Shown piece after piece: positions 8,269 through 16,337 of a stretch of DNA of 20,000 nucleotides (within the stretch, counting starts at the first letter, position 1; each line of letters starts with the position of its first letter). The stretch lies in IMG/VR virus record IMGVR_UViG_3300044912_000278; one strand, written 5' to 3'. Both the position numbers and the translations under genes were made by a program. The DNA is from an uncultured virus (IMG/VR IMGVR_UViG_3300044912_000278) (taxonomy: Duplodnaviria; Heunggongvirae; Uroviricota; Caudoviricetes). The notes beneath the pieces were generated by a model. That model saw nothing but the letters and a program-made list of their open reading frames with translations, searched no databases and was not told the origin of the DNA.

Positions 8269-9352
8269 ATAATACCCTTGCATTAAAAAATTCTTTTGTT
8301 AAGTAATCTGCTTGTTTTTTAATATGCAACGCATATTCGTCGTATTTTTCTATATAATTAATAATTTGATTACATAAATCAAAACTGTGTGCCTCGTAAT
8401 CTGCAAAACATTCAGTCCACTGTGATGGATATTTAAAATGATACATATACATTTCTTTATAGCTAAGTCTGTTAGGCACCATTGGTATAGCTCCAAGTAA
8501 TGCACCTTCATAACAACTAATGCCTAGTGTTTCTTGTAAATTAGCACTAAACACAATCTTTGCTTCACTTAACAATTTATGATATTCGTCTTTAGTAAGT
8601 GTTTCTTCTTGGCATATAACAAAGTCATATTGTGGTAATTGATCTTTTAATGCTTTAAAAATATCAACTTGTTTTTCTGATGCAATTCTGTGCGGAAACA
8701 CGATTAAATCACGTTTCTCTGCATTTAAATATGGTGTAAGTTCGTCGGCTAAATATTCCATTGGCCATCCAGTGCGAACAATTTTACCATCGTCGTACCT
8801 TTCATTCCAATCTTCGTCAAACCACGGATTTTCACTAATCATGCCGTTGTTTAATAGTTGCTCCATAAACATTCTCACATGAAATTCTGTTGCAAAATAA
8901 TTATGATCAAATGATGCATAATAACTTTTTTCAGCAAGTTTAACCCAACCGTGATCAATCCCACCTAAAAAATCATGTTTGTCATAACTGCCAGCATGCC
9001 ACAGTCCGTGAAATGTCCAATTTAATCTCATCAAATCTTTAATATATTTTAAATTTATAATTGCTGGATTCCAAGCATCTGTAAATAAGAAATGATCATT
9101 AGTTGTTGATTTATCATAATTTTTTAAAAATCCAACAAGTTGCGATCCCTTCCATACGTTAGTGTCTATAAAGTTTAAGAATGCACCGGGTGTTACATCT
9201 GATGATTGTTGATCACCAGTAATTTGAATAATGTTAAAGTTATCGCCAAGTTGTTTTTTAAGTTGTTTAGGTATATATTCAAACCATTGACTAGTATAGC
9301 GAGTGTCAAGTGGTTCAAGTGCAAAAATCCAAATAGTAGGTTTTATTTTCAA
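8252..9352 (-). CDS. GT-B fold glycosyltransferase (GT4-like, retaining)
   Basis: FPHRIASEKQ motif and E-x7-E signature (ETLGISCYE) followed by GAIPMVPNRLSYKE; TTG start with SD AGGAG. Confidence 0.85.
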   Translation of the reverse strand: MKIKPTIWIFALEPLDTRYTSQWFEYIPKQLKKQLGDNFNIIQITGDQQSSDVTPGAFLNFIDTNVWKGSQLVGFLKNYDKSTTNDHFLFTDAWNPAIINLKYIKDLMRLNWTFHGLWHAGSYDKHDFLGGIDHGWVKLAEKSYYASFDHNYFATEFHVRMFMEQLLNNGMISENPWFDEDWNERYDDGKIVRTGWPMEYLADELTPYLNAEKRDLIVFPHRIASEKQVDIFKALKDQLPQYDFVICQEETLTKDEYHKLLSEAKIVFSANLQETLGISCYEGALLGAIPMVPNRLSYKEMYMYHFKYPSQWTECFADYEAHSFDLCNQIINYIEKYDEYALHIKKQADYLTKEFFNARVLYDNFK

Positions 9353-9368
9353 AATAAACTCCTGTTAT

Positions 9369-9390
9369 GAAAGCTCCAAAAGGAGCTTTC
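9369..9390 (-). promoter_or_regulatory. 9 bp hairpin GAAAGCTCC-TTTT-GGAGCTTTC just upstream of the glycosyltransferase SD
   Basis: Perfect inverted repeat; no U tract on the coding strand. Confidence 0.6.
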
Positions 9391-9407
9391 GTGGTTAATA
9401 TTAAATG

Positions 9408-9662
9408 TTATGATTTTTTATAATTGTTAGTTTTTGGTCTAACATTATTGGGCCATGGTTTATTGCCCTGGTATGGTTTTCTAGGACGCTTACTTGCCAT
9501 ATACGCACCATACGATTTAGTATCTTTGCGATACAAATCTGCTGGATCAAATTTACGTAATTCAATTCTACAAAAGTCACGAAATGCTTCAAGATCTTCA
9601 AAGATTTTAACAACATCTGGACGACTTTCAAAGTATGAGAATGTTTTGTAATTTTTAGCCAT
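9408..9662 (-). CDS. small basic hypothetical protein (84 aa)
   Basis: ORF track; KIFEDLEAFRDFCR...FDPADLY, basic tail; preceded by TATAAATA. Confidence 0.8.
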   Translation of the reverse strand: MAKNYKTFSYFESRPDVVKIFEDLEAFRDFCRIELRKFDPADLYRKDTKSYGAYMASKRPRKPYQGNKPWPNNVRPKTNNYKKS

Positions 9663-9696
9663 TTTATTTTCTTCCGTTTTATAATAAAGTTATGGT

Positions 9697-9729
9697 AGTA
9701 TATACTAACAACCTCTGTTAGTGTATACT
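9697..9729. repeat. 14 bp inverted repeat (one mismatch) with 5 nt spacer
   Basis: agtatatactaaca-acctc-tgttagtgtatact in an intergenic region. Confidence 0.75.
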
Positions 9730-9760
9730 GTAAATTGTACATCTGGTTTAATACTAGGTT

Positions 9761-9768
9761 TATTTATA
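9761..9768 (-). promoter_or_regulatory. T4 late promoter consensus TATAAATA
   Basis: tatttata on + strand, intergenic, upstream of the 84 aa gene and the glycosyltransferase. Confidence 0.6.
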
Positions 9769-9792
9769 CATGAGTTTTACATGTGATTAGTT

Positions 9793-10152
9793 TTAGTTGT
9801 ATTCGGTATATGATCCATTTTCACCATCTTCAGAAACTTCAATCCACACTTCTTTATGTGGGTATTCATCTTTTATGTTCCAGTATAAATCATTGCTTAT
9901 CATTTCACAACTTTTATTATCTAATGATAATGTTGAAGTAATGTACAATGATTCTAACCATCTTTTAAATTGTATAAACTCTACATCTCTGTCATCATGT
10001 GTAACTTCAAGCCATACTTTAAAATGAAATATGTGTCTATGCGGGTGTCCTAAAAACGATACATCTGCTAAGTTAGGATCAGTTAGTGCTGCAGGATAAC
10101 AATGGATTCCTTCTTTCTTAAAAGTGACCCAGATCATTTGTTTATTAATCAT
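9793..10152 (-). CDS. dpdL: T-fold QueD-like protein with LxxxHRHxF motif; DpdL-like (predicted CDG decarboxylase)
   Basis: EGIH...FLGHPHRHIFHF...DRDVEFI...SCEMI...VSEDGENG. The QueD CxxxHGH motif is replaced by LGHPHRHIF, which matches the DpdL signature as I recall it. Confidence 0.7.
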   Translation of the reverse strand: MINKQMIWVTFKKEGIHCYPAALTDPNLADVSFLGHPHRHIFHFKVWLEVTHDDRDVEFIQFKRWLESLYITSTLSLDNKSCEMISNDLYWNIKDEYPHKEVWIEVSEDGENGSYTEYN

Positions 10153-10673
10153 TTAAGTACCTTGTCGTTATTATAGTTAAACCAGTTAGTGAACTTCTTG
10201 TGATCTTGTAGATCGTGCAAGCTATGTGTCCACACGCCGGGGTTAGTTGCGTTAAATGTAGTGTCGTCAATCTTAACCATTGTATTATAACTCCAATCCT
10301 TAATATTTGCAACCGGAATTCTAATTTGTGGTATAAAATTATTATACTTGCATAAATTAGTATTTGTGTTAAAATCGATTACTGCTGTAAATGGAATATC
10401 TAATGAACACAGTTTTCCTGTTTTTAAAAAGTGCGCAATAGTGTTATTCCAGTTGAGCCATGCACCTGGTGTATCTGGATTAAAACTATGGTTTGCACCA
10501 AAGAAGATATGTGTAATATCCTCTGTAGTATCTAACCGGTAATGGATTGCTTCTGTAGTTTGAATACCAACAATAAATAATGTTTTTAAACCATATGCTG
10601 GAGTATGCTCTACTTCATCTCCAACAAAAAATTTAGCAGTGTTAGTAGTTGTGTTGTTGTATGTTCTATTCAT
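10149..10673 (-). CDS. hypothetical protein (174 aa) coupled between dpdA and dpdL
   Basis: Overlaps both neighbours; FFVGDEVEHTPAYGLKTLF, HIFFGANHSF, KIDDTTFNATNPGVW. Confidence 0.85.
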   Translation of the reverse strand: MNRTYNNTTTNTAKFFVGDEVEHTPAYGLKTLFIVGIQTTEAIHYRLDTTEDITHIFFGANHSFNPDTPGAWLNWNNTIAHFLKTGKLCSLDIPFTAVIDFNTNTNLCKYNNFIPQIRIPVANIKDWSYNTMVKIDDTTFNATNPGVWTHSLHDLQDHKKFTNWFNYNNDKVLK

Positions 10674-12297
10674 CTTTAATGCTATCTTCTAAGTTAGATA
10701 AGTTAAGTTCTTCATCAACGAAATCATCGTCATCGTCATCAAATGACCATAATTCATTAACCTTTGTATCAGGATTGATTGTTTTTTTACCAGTATTCCC
10801 GCGTGTACCAGGTATTGCTATCCACAGTTTGTTATATGTTTTAATAATTGCCAATGCGTCAACTAAATTATCAACTGCAAAGATTGAATCAATAACATCT
10901 CTAACATATACGTGTTTAAATTTTTCATCCACTAACATATTAGGCAAAATACCGTTATCGTATGCTCGATTTGCCTGTTGTACAGCATCCAAGTGACTCC
11001 ATACGTTGTGCCCCATTAATATAGCATAACTAAAACTATCCCAACTAGTTCTACCTACTTTATTAACTTTATTAGCATCACCCATTGTAATCCAATATTT
11101 AGGATCATTTAAGTATAATGGATCTGAAAATAATAATGCATGATCAATGTTATCATTATCAACTTCTGTCCAGTTAGGAACACCTTGACTGTATATACAT
11201 ATATCTTTAATTGGTACTTGATCGATTAACGGACTTGGATTAAACACTTTAAAGATCTTATCTTGAATAACTGCATCTTTAAATAGTCGAGTATCAGTTG
11301 AATATTTTTTATCATCAGCACTTGGCACCATTCGATACACCCATTTAGATCTATCTTCAACTTCGGTAGTAATATAGACTTGACCATTTGCAGTAGCTAA
11401 AAATGGACTAGCACAATCGTAACTAATAGTAAAGTTTGGATTATGATATTTACGTACTGCCCGTTGAATGTCTGTTAATAAACATGCCCATTCTAATTTA
11501 CTTGTTCCTAAAAAATGCATCCAATCTTGATGCCCTTGTTCTAGTAATCCGTCAAATCGCAATGTAACTAATCGTCTAAGAACTAGGTCAGCATCACACA
11601 TGTTTTGTCCACCCATTGCCCAACCATTAAACGCCTTGTCACCGTAGATAGTAGGATCGCAATATTTCTTCATACGTTGGTACCAATCTTCTGCATCAGT
11701 GTGTGTTTCGCCTTGCAATACGTTTAAGAATTTGCATTTACCAGAGCGATTATTAACAAAATAATCATTATTAATATAAGTACCTTGTACTGCATCCATG
11801 TAATCATTAATACCTGTTGCTGCTTGCCCTGCAGGGCTACGTGCAACCCACGCAGGAATATCAAGACACATACCGTAATCCATTAACTCGTCCATCCATC
11901 GTAATACTTGTTCACGTTTCTTTTGTGCTTTAGGACAAGCAGGATCTTTCCAATCAGCCGGCCACACACCTTTACCAATCTGGAAACCACCTGAGTCACC
12001 TAGTACCCAACTTGTAGTTCTGTCTCTGTTACGAAACATGTCTTCGCTTTCGTCAAACTTATCTAAATCTAAGTTTGCGTGTCCTGCTGAATATAAGCAC
12101 CATTTGTAGTAGAACTCTCCTTTTTCAGGTTCTAAATAGTTAAGTCCTTCTACTCCAGCTTTAAATGATGCAGGAATACGTGAAGGTTCAACATAATTAC
12201 CGTAACGTTGTTTTCCAATAAACGTCGAGTAAAAACCCGACGTTGCTGGTAGGAAAACAGCATAATCATTCTGCGTTGCTGTTAAGTTCCGATTCAT
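10666..12297 (-). CDS. dpdA: TGT-fold DNA 7-deazaguanine transglycosylase (DpdA family, possibly DpdA2-like)
   Basis: TGT motifs in order: GDSGGFQIG, MCLDIP, NVLQG, GWAMGG, MHFLGT, ISYDCASP, GHN; context with folE, queE and a T-fold gene. Confidence 0.85.
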   Translation of the reverse strand: MNRNLTATQNDYAVFLPATSGFYSTFIGKQRYGNYVEPSRIPASFKAGVEGLNYLEPEKGEFYYKWCLYSAGHANLDLDKFDESEDMFRNRDRTTSWVLGDSGGFQIGKGVWPADWKDPACPKAQKKREQVLRWMDELMDYGMCLDIPAWVARSPAGQAATGINDYMDAVQGTYINNDYFVNNRSGKCKFLNVLQGETHTDAEDWYQRMKKYCDPTIYGDKAFNGWAMGGQNMCDADLVLRRLVTLRFDGLLEQGHQDWMHFLGTSKLEWACLLTDIQRAVRKYHNPNFTISYDCASPFLATANGQVYITTEVEDRSKWVYRMVPSADDKKYSTDTRLFKDAVIQDKIFKVFNPSPLIDQVPIKDICIYSQGVPNWTEVDNDNIDHALLFSDPLYLNDPKYWITMGDANKVNKVGRTSWDSFSYAILMGHNVWSHLDAVQQANRAYDNGILPNMLVDEKFKHVYVRDVIDSIFAVDNLVDALAIIKTYNKLWIAIPGTRGNTGKKTINPDTKVNELWSFDDDDDDFVDEELNLSNLEDSIKDE

Positions 12298-12682
12298 CTT
12301 CTTCCTGTTTTGGGGTTAATAAATTACTAAGTAAAGTTTTAGTAACTTGTAAATTAGTTTCTACATCTGTAATTCTATTAGCTGCGCTTACAAACTGCGG
12401 ACTTGCAGTAACATGTCCGACTATATGCGAATTAAGAGTGTAATTTGTATATGGGTTTCGATTATACTCTTCAAGTGTGGTTAATCTTGATTCAAGTCCT
12501 TGCACACGTTGTTTTATGTATTCGTAATCAACATAAAACTGTTCAAATGGTCCTGGCATAGCATAAGATGGCATATCTAATTGCGCTAACATTGTTACTT
12601 TATCAAGAGATGACTTAACACTTTCATTTTGATTAACATACACAACGTCTAATAATTTTAATGCTTTTCTAATATCTATCAT
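12266..12682 (-). CDS. hypothetical protein (138 aa), coiled-coil segments
   Basis: ORF track; TAATG coupling with clamp gene; 32 nt overlap with dpdA start. Confidence 0.7.
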   Translation of the reverse strand: MIDIRKALKLLDVVYVNQNESVKSSLDKVTMLAQLDMPSYAMPGPFEQFYVDYEYIKQRVQGLESRLTTLEEYNRNPYTNYTLNSHIVGHVTASPQFVSAANRITDVETNLQVTKTLLSNLLTPKQEEDESELNSNAE

Positions 12683-13419
12683 TATTTTGTGTGTGCAGGT
12701 AATGTATAAGTGTATACTGCATTTCCGCTATCAACGATAATTTGTAACGAACCTTGATCAGATACTCGCATCTTAATATCACCGTTTAAATTTAAAATGC
12801 TTAGTACATGTGTAATTGGCCAAGACCATGTATTTTTTAAATTAGCAGTGATTCCTGGATGAAATACGTATGATCCTGCATGTGTGCTAGCATCACCAAA
12901 TCTAAATACTAAGTCATTATTAACAGTAGCTAATTGAAATACAGTTTCTTCAGTATGAGCAGCAGCCTGATGTTTTAATCGTTGTATACTTACAATAGAT
13001 GGACTAAATTCAATTTCGTATGTAATTTCTACTTTAAGTTTAGGTCTTCTAACTTTGGCATTAATGATTTCTTGATTCATAAATCGATAATCATTTTCAT
13101 AATCGCCAGTTTCATTAGAAAAGTGAAGTCCGGTTGGTAATTGTTCATCATCTCTAGTTTCGTAAACAACTTTAATATTTGCATCTTTTTTATATTCTGG
13201 ACATTTAAGATGAAGATCTAATTTATTTAAGTTAGGCATTCCAAAAATACTTTCGCCTAATTCAGGAACAGGAGCATGTGTAGTTGCTAATAGCATTACT
13301 GATCTATCTTCAGCAATGGATTCGATAATAGCATTGTTTGAGGTCGCAGTTACTTTAACTAATGGTAAAATGCTTAATGTATGTGTATGTGCTACTAAAT
13401 CTTGTAAAAATGTTTTCAT
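12682..13419 (-). CDS. probable DNA polymerase sliding clamp (gp45/PCNA-like), 245 aa
   Basis: Start revised to ATG at 13419 (MKTFLQ, SD GGAGA); clamp-like size and beta-rich pattern ending YTYTLPA; adjacent to polB. Confidence 0.7.
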   Translation of the reverse strand: MKTFLQDLVAHTHTLSILPLVKVTATSNNAIIESIAEDRSVMLLATTHAPVPELGESIFGMPNLNKLDLHLKCPEYKKDANIKVVYETRDDEQLPTGLHFSNETGDYENDYRFMNQEIINAKVRRPKLKVEITYEIEFSPSIVSIQRLKHQAAAHTEETVFQLATVNNDLVFRFGDASTHAGSYVFHPGITANLKNTWSWPITHVLSILNLNGDIKMRVSDQGSLQIIVDSGNAVYTYTLPAHTK

Positions 13420-13441
13420 ATAATGTCTCCTAGTTGTGTAT

Positions 13442-13470
13442 ATTATATTATAGTTGTGTTGTTTTGTCAA
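13442..13470 (-). promoter_or_regulatory. sigma70 consensus promoter TTGACA-N17-TATAAT
   Basis: tgtcaa 13465-13470, attata 13442-13447; positioned to drive clamp-dpdA-dpdL. Confidence 0.8.
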
Positions 13471-13478
13471 GCGTTTCG

Positions 13479-16142
13479 TTAATCAAAATCAAATAAGCTA
13501 TTAAATGTATTTCTATCTGATGTATCAACTAATTTCCAATTTAAGATACCGATTAAGTTATCTAGTTTGTTATCAATAATAGTATCTTCCATTTCGTTGT
13601 GATCGAATGGCAAGTCTTTAAACCATTGTGGCAATCGTAATTCGTCTACTGGATATGCAACACTTGTAAAGCCTAACGGGTTTTGTTTAAGTTTGCATAC
13701 AATAACTTTTGCACCATCTGTAACACTCATTGAGTATTTGTCACCGTACATACGTTTTAATGTATTCCAATTTAAACTTGCTCTAACATGACCTGGCATA
13801 TTAACTTTCCCATGCTTAGTTTCTTTATCTAAGTATGTTGTAATATTATTTGCACGTTTTGGTGAACCTTTTTCCCAGCCCGGCCTAGCTTTAAATACTA
13901 ATCTAAATTTGGTAATATAATCTAATACATTTGTTTCAGTATCACCTGATAATACCATTTTTAATACAGTAGCTAAAAAGTCTTGAATGAATTCTGGCGT
14001 ATCACTACGTTTCAAATCTAGTCCCATAACTTTAATTTCACCAATGCTGCCATTTGTGTCTTTACGTTTACCTTCTTTATCATATACAAGCACTGCATAT
14101 CGTTTTTTAGTAATAAACAATGATTTGCTACCAATAATCTCACGACCTGCTTTAATAACATCACCGCGTGTCTTTGGACAATGGAATGCATCTAACATAA
14201 ACTGTTGGAATGTTCCATTAACTTGATCACCAATTTGATCGTACAACTGAATAACCGTTTCTCTAGTCCATGGTAAACTTCCGTTATCAATATCTTTCTG
14301 CAATATTTTGTATGCTGAAAAATAACATGAGTCAGTATCACCATATATAATAGATTTTCCTGTATGATTATACTCACCGGTAATAATTTCATTTACTGTT
14401 GCAGCCATATGTTTCGCAATTTGCCTACCAGTTAACGTAGTTGATTGTCCAATCCGTTTGTCAAAGAATCTACACCCTGGGTTAAGAATTGCACCATACA
14501 AACTATTTAGGTTAATCTTCTTAACTAGCTGACGTTTATCCCAGTACTCTTCTTCAATCTTATTACCTGCATTGATTGCTTCTTTTAGCTTTTTCTGCAT
14601 ATCTTTACGTTCTGCATACCAACGTTTAAGTAATCCAGGAATAATACCTTCAGTTTCATACGAAAAGATAGTACCATTTGCTGAAATAACCCACGGTTGA
14701 TTACTTTGGAATATTAATCGATAAACTTCGGCTGCACTTAGTACATCAGTATCACCATTTTCCCAATCAACTATAATGTCGGTACCTATTTCTTCATTCA
14801 TTACAGACGTATACTCGAGTGTACCAAACAATCCCTCCCATGCTGCAGCAAATGACTTTCCTTTTGCTAGTTGCATAGAAATATATTCATCAGTTGCTAT
14901 AGGTCTTAACTGCCCTACAATAGTTTCCGGACCCATATTTAATGCTCGAATAGCACTTGGATATAGTGAATTAATATCTAGTGAACCTATCCAGTCGTGT
15001 ATACCTTCTTTAGGATATGCAACATATGCTCCAGCAGCTTGAATTGGTTCTGCTTTCCCTTTTCTATTAGGTACAACAAATCCTCGATGATGTGCTTCAT
15101 TAATGATAGCTTGCTCTGTTACTGCGACTGCACCCATTGTAGTCTGTAATAATACAGTATTTTCATGAGCAAGAGTGTTAGCTAAGTCAATAAATTTTAA
15201 TTTCTTATCAAGTCTGTCTAACAGCATAGTATCTTGTCTGTTGTACTCAATAAATGTTTTAAAGTCGTTATTATATAATTGATCAAGCGTGCCTTCGTAT
15301 TGGGTTTTACGTTCCCCTAACTCATATTCTGCAATTGCATCTAATCGAAAGCTGTGTCGTTCTTCATACGTATATTTTCTGTATAATTCTAAACTATCTA
15401 AATGCACACGACCAACAAAATCGTATGTAACGGCTTGTTTTCCATACTTTTCATATTCGCGACGTTTAGGTAATTGATTAAACAAGCAGAATCGACGAGT
15501 GTCATCTTTTGATAACACTTTAGTAACACGATTCACTGTATACGGAATATCAAATCCTTCACTATTCCATCCGCTAATGATATCAGCATCATCTAATAAC
15601 GTAAGAAATGTATCTAACATATCTGCTTCATTATCAAATAGAATAGTATTGGGGAATTCTTTAACTTGTTCTTTAGCTTGCTCTATAGTTAATGTTTTAG
15701 GAGGAACTGCTAGACATATAAGGGTTTCTAGCCATTGTAGGTATACTGCAATAGCTGTAATAGGCATAAACGCATCATCTGGTGATGCATATCCTCGTTC
15801 CGGATCAAAATCAACCTCGATATCATAAAACGCTATATTAAGTTTAGGTGCATCGTGATTGAGATAGTTATCTGACAAGCATTTAAAAATTGGATTAATA
15901 TCTGCTTCAAATAACTTTTGGTTACCATGTATTGCTAACTCTTTTCGGAACTCTTTTGTGTTGTTACAAACAACTTTTGATACAGGATCACTGTAAATTG
16001 ATTGATATTTCCCTTTTGGATCGGTATAATATAATGTAGGTTTAACGGGGATATCTTTATATTCTCGTTCACCTTTTGAATTTCTTTCTACAAGTTTAAT
16101 AACATCGTTTTCACGATCAAAATATGCATCAACATAACTCAT
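13479..16142 (-). CDS. polB: family B DNA polymerase (gp43-like) with 3'-5' exonuclease
   Basis: ExoI YDIEVD, ExoII GWNSEGFDIPY, ExoIII YNRQD, motif A LDINSLYPS, motif B KKINLNSLYG, motif C YGDTDS, KKRYA. Confidence 0.97.
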   Translation of the reverse strand: MSYVDAYFDRENDVIKLVERNSKGEREYKDIPVKPTLYYTDPKGKYQSIYSDPVSKVVCNNTKEFRKELAIHGNQKLFEADINPIFKCLSDNYLNHDAPKLNIAFYDIEVDFDPERGYASPDDAFMPITAIAVYLQWLETLICLAVPPKTLTIEQAKEQVKEFPNTILFDNEADMLDTFLTLLDDADIISGWNSEGFDIPYTVNRVTKVLSKDDTRRFCLFNQLPKRREYEKYGKQAVTYDFVGRVHLDSLELYRKYTYEERHSFRLDAIAEYELGERKTQYEGTLDQLYNNDFKTFIEYNRQDTMLLDRLDKKLKFIDLANTLAHENTVLLQTTMGAVAVTEQAIINEAHHRGFVVPNRKGKAEPIQAAGAYVAYPKEGIHDWIGSLDINSLYPSAIRALNMGPETIVGQLRPIATDEYISMQLAKGKSFAAAWEGLFGTLEYTSVMNEEIGTDIIVDWENGDTDVLSAAEVYRLIFQSNQPWVISANGTIFSYETEGIIPGLLKRWYAERKDMQKKLKEAINAGNKIEEEYWDKRQLVKKINLNSLYGAILNPGCRFFDKRIGQSTTLTGRQIAKHMAATVNEIITGEYNHTGKSIIYGDTDSCYFSAYKILQKDIDNGSLPWTRETVIQLYDQIGDQVNGTFQQFMLDAFHCPKTRGDVIKAGREIIGSKSLFITKKRYAVLVYDKEGKRKDTNGSIGEIKVMGLDLKRSDTPEFIQDFLATVLKMVLSGDTETNVLDYITKFRLVFKARPGWEKGSPKRANNITTYLDKETKHGKVNMPGHVRASLNWNTLKRMYGDKYSMSVTDGAKVIVCKLKQNPLGFTSVAYPVDELRLPQWFKDLPFDHNEMEDTIIDNKLDNLIGILNWKLVDTSDRNTFNSLFDFD

Positions 16143-16321
16143 GCTGCACCGCCGTTGCGATCGCGATTAGTTGCATGATCATTAATCCATTCCATAAATG
16201 CTTCTTCTTCACTACGTAGTGTTGCGACATCTTCATTAATGTGTTTTTCTATACCACATTCATTTCTTTCAACACACACGTCAGGATTATGACATGTTTC
16301 GCATATTGTTAAGTTTTCCAT
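16139..16321 (-). CDS. small Cys-rich protein (about 60 aa) translationally coupled to polB
   Basis: Start revised to MENLTICETCHNPDVCVERNEC (ATG 16321, GAG upstream); ATGA overlap with polB. Confidence 0.65.
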   Translation of the reverse strand: MENLTICETCHNPDVCVERNECGIEKHINEDVATLRSEEEAFMEWINDHATNRDRNGGAA

Positions 16322-16337
16322 ATTGTATCTCAGTTTA

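Noticed and set aside
10666..12297. Canonical tRNA-guanine transglycosylase (tgt)
   Set aside because: Longer and divergent, lacks the CxCxxC zinc site, and sits beside replication genes; a DNA-acting DpdA fits better, though tRNA activity is not formally excluded.
13420..13470. 17 aa N-terminal extension of the clamp ORF from TTG at 13470
   Set aside because: That TTG is the -35 box of a consensus promoter; the ATG at 13419 has a proper SD.
1152..15659. Presence of GAATTC, GGATCC and many GATC sites as evidence of modification-based protection
   Set aside because: Sites are present (e.g. 1152, 8195, 15654), but without observed/expected counts no conclusion can be drawn.
13479..16142. Intein or intron in the DNA polymerase
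   Set aside because: Continuous 887 aa ORF with normally spaced motifs; no splice-junction or homing endonuclease motifs seen.
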